Assembly (NCBI GenBank): GCA_963677925.2
Contig: CAXXYH010000003.1
Coordinates: 1,152,001-1,216,000, forward strand
Length of the DNA: 64,000 nt
Source of the DNA: Spirochaetia bacterium
Lineage (GTDB): Bacteria > Spirochaetota > Spirochaetia > UBA9216
Direction of reading: 5' to 3'
Numbering within the stretch: position 1 is the first letter of the stretch; the number at the start of each line of letters is the position of its first letter. Made by a program: the position numbers and the translations under genes. The notes below the pieces were generated by a model that was given only the letters and a program-made list of their open reading frames with translations, did no database searches and was not told where the DNA came from. Below, piece after piece: positions 63,551-64,000 of this stretch.

Positions 63551-63919
63551 TCACACTACAAACCGTTTCCACACAGCCTTTTCACCCATAAAATTAACCA
63601 GATAACCCAGCCTGCAGCCTGAAATATGCAGATAATTAAGCAGTTGTGCTTCATGAATTGAAGCAAGCGATTTCACTGCCTTTATTTCTATTAAAATCTT
63701 ATTTTCAACAACCAAATCTGCATAATACTCACCAACCTGATGCCCCTGTAACTGACATTAAACGGAGCATTGTAACAAACCGATAGCCCCTGGGATTTTA
63801 GTTCAAAGTACAATGCATTATGGTAACAGCTTTCAAGCAGCCCCGGCCCCAGTTCATTGGGCACACTTATACATGCACCCACAATTTTATTTGATAATTC
63901 TTTTATAGAGTTTCTTCAC
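63551..63919 (-). pseudogene. GxxExxY-family protein, frameshifted
   Basis: ELSNKIVGA..NELGPGLLESCYHNAL...ADLVVENKILIEIKAV...HEAQLLNYL...KRFVV*; +1 at the A-run 63901-63904 and -1 at the G-run 63743-63746. Confidence 0.9.
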
Positions 63920-63969
63920 TGACAGTTTTCACCGAAAACTGTCAAATCTTTTGTCTTTGACAAAAGATT
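63920..63969 (-). mobile_element. 50-bp twin-hairpin insertion (copy 2)
   Basis: Minus strand AATCTTTTGTC-aaa-GACAAAAGATT-TGACAGTTTTC-ggt-GAAAACTGTCA between GAGG RBS and start of GxxExxY copy 2. Confidence 0.75.
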
Positions 63970-64000
63970 CAGCCTCACTGTTTTTGTTTAAACAGGCAGG

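Noticed and set aside
63743-63904. Compensating +1/-1 frameshifts as programmed phase variation
   Set aside because: Runs are only 4 nt, the shifted frame hits TAA, and other lesions exist (ATG to AAG, His to Pro); decay or sequencing error is simpler.
63916-63980. TCACTG repeated at 63916 and 63975 as a possible 6-bp target-site duplication
   Set aside because: Removing 59 bp would delete the RBS and break colinearity with copy 1; removing 50 bp restores it exactly.

Overview
Bacterial chromosomal window; lipoboxes, PEGA/GLUG/RCC1/LVIVD surface proteins, MCPs and an antiporter-EIIA fusion suggest a free-living spirochaete (inference). 1-41.8 kb is mixed accessory and housekeeping DNA. It holds pseudouridine catabolism (psuK/psuG), two tandem LVIVD lipoproteins, a two-component system interleaved with surface-protein genes, transporters, and a 1.1-kb GNAT-membrane gene bounded by a 32-bp direct repeat. 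41.9-54.7 kb is an AT-richer, self-contained beta-glucoside PTS and sugar catabolic island with a RAT/terminator and a LicT-type antiterminator lacking both PRD2 histidines. 55.3-64 kb is a defence-type island: a methyltransferase + HNH pair, an SF1 helicase-nuclease, and a SauUSI-like PLD-helicase-DUF3427 gene broken by one in-frame TGA. This island is bracketed by two inward-facing GxxExxY pseudogenes. The most unusual observation is that each GxxExxY copy carries its own exactly 50-bp twin-hairpin insertion, at different sites, without an apparent target duplication and with compensatory stem changes, suggesting an undescribed structured mini mobile element. No CRISPR array, rRNA, tRNA, integrase or transposase was recognised. 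All family calls are from motif reading, not database searches.
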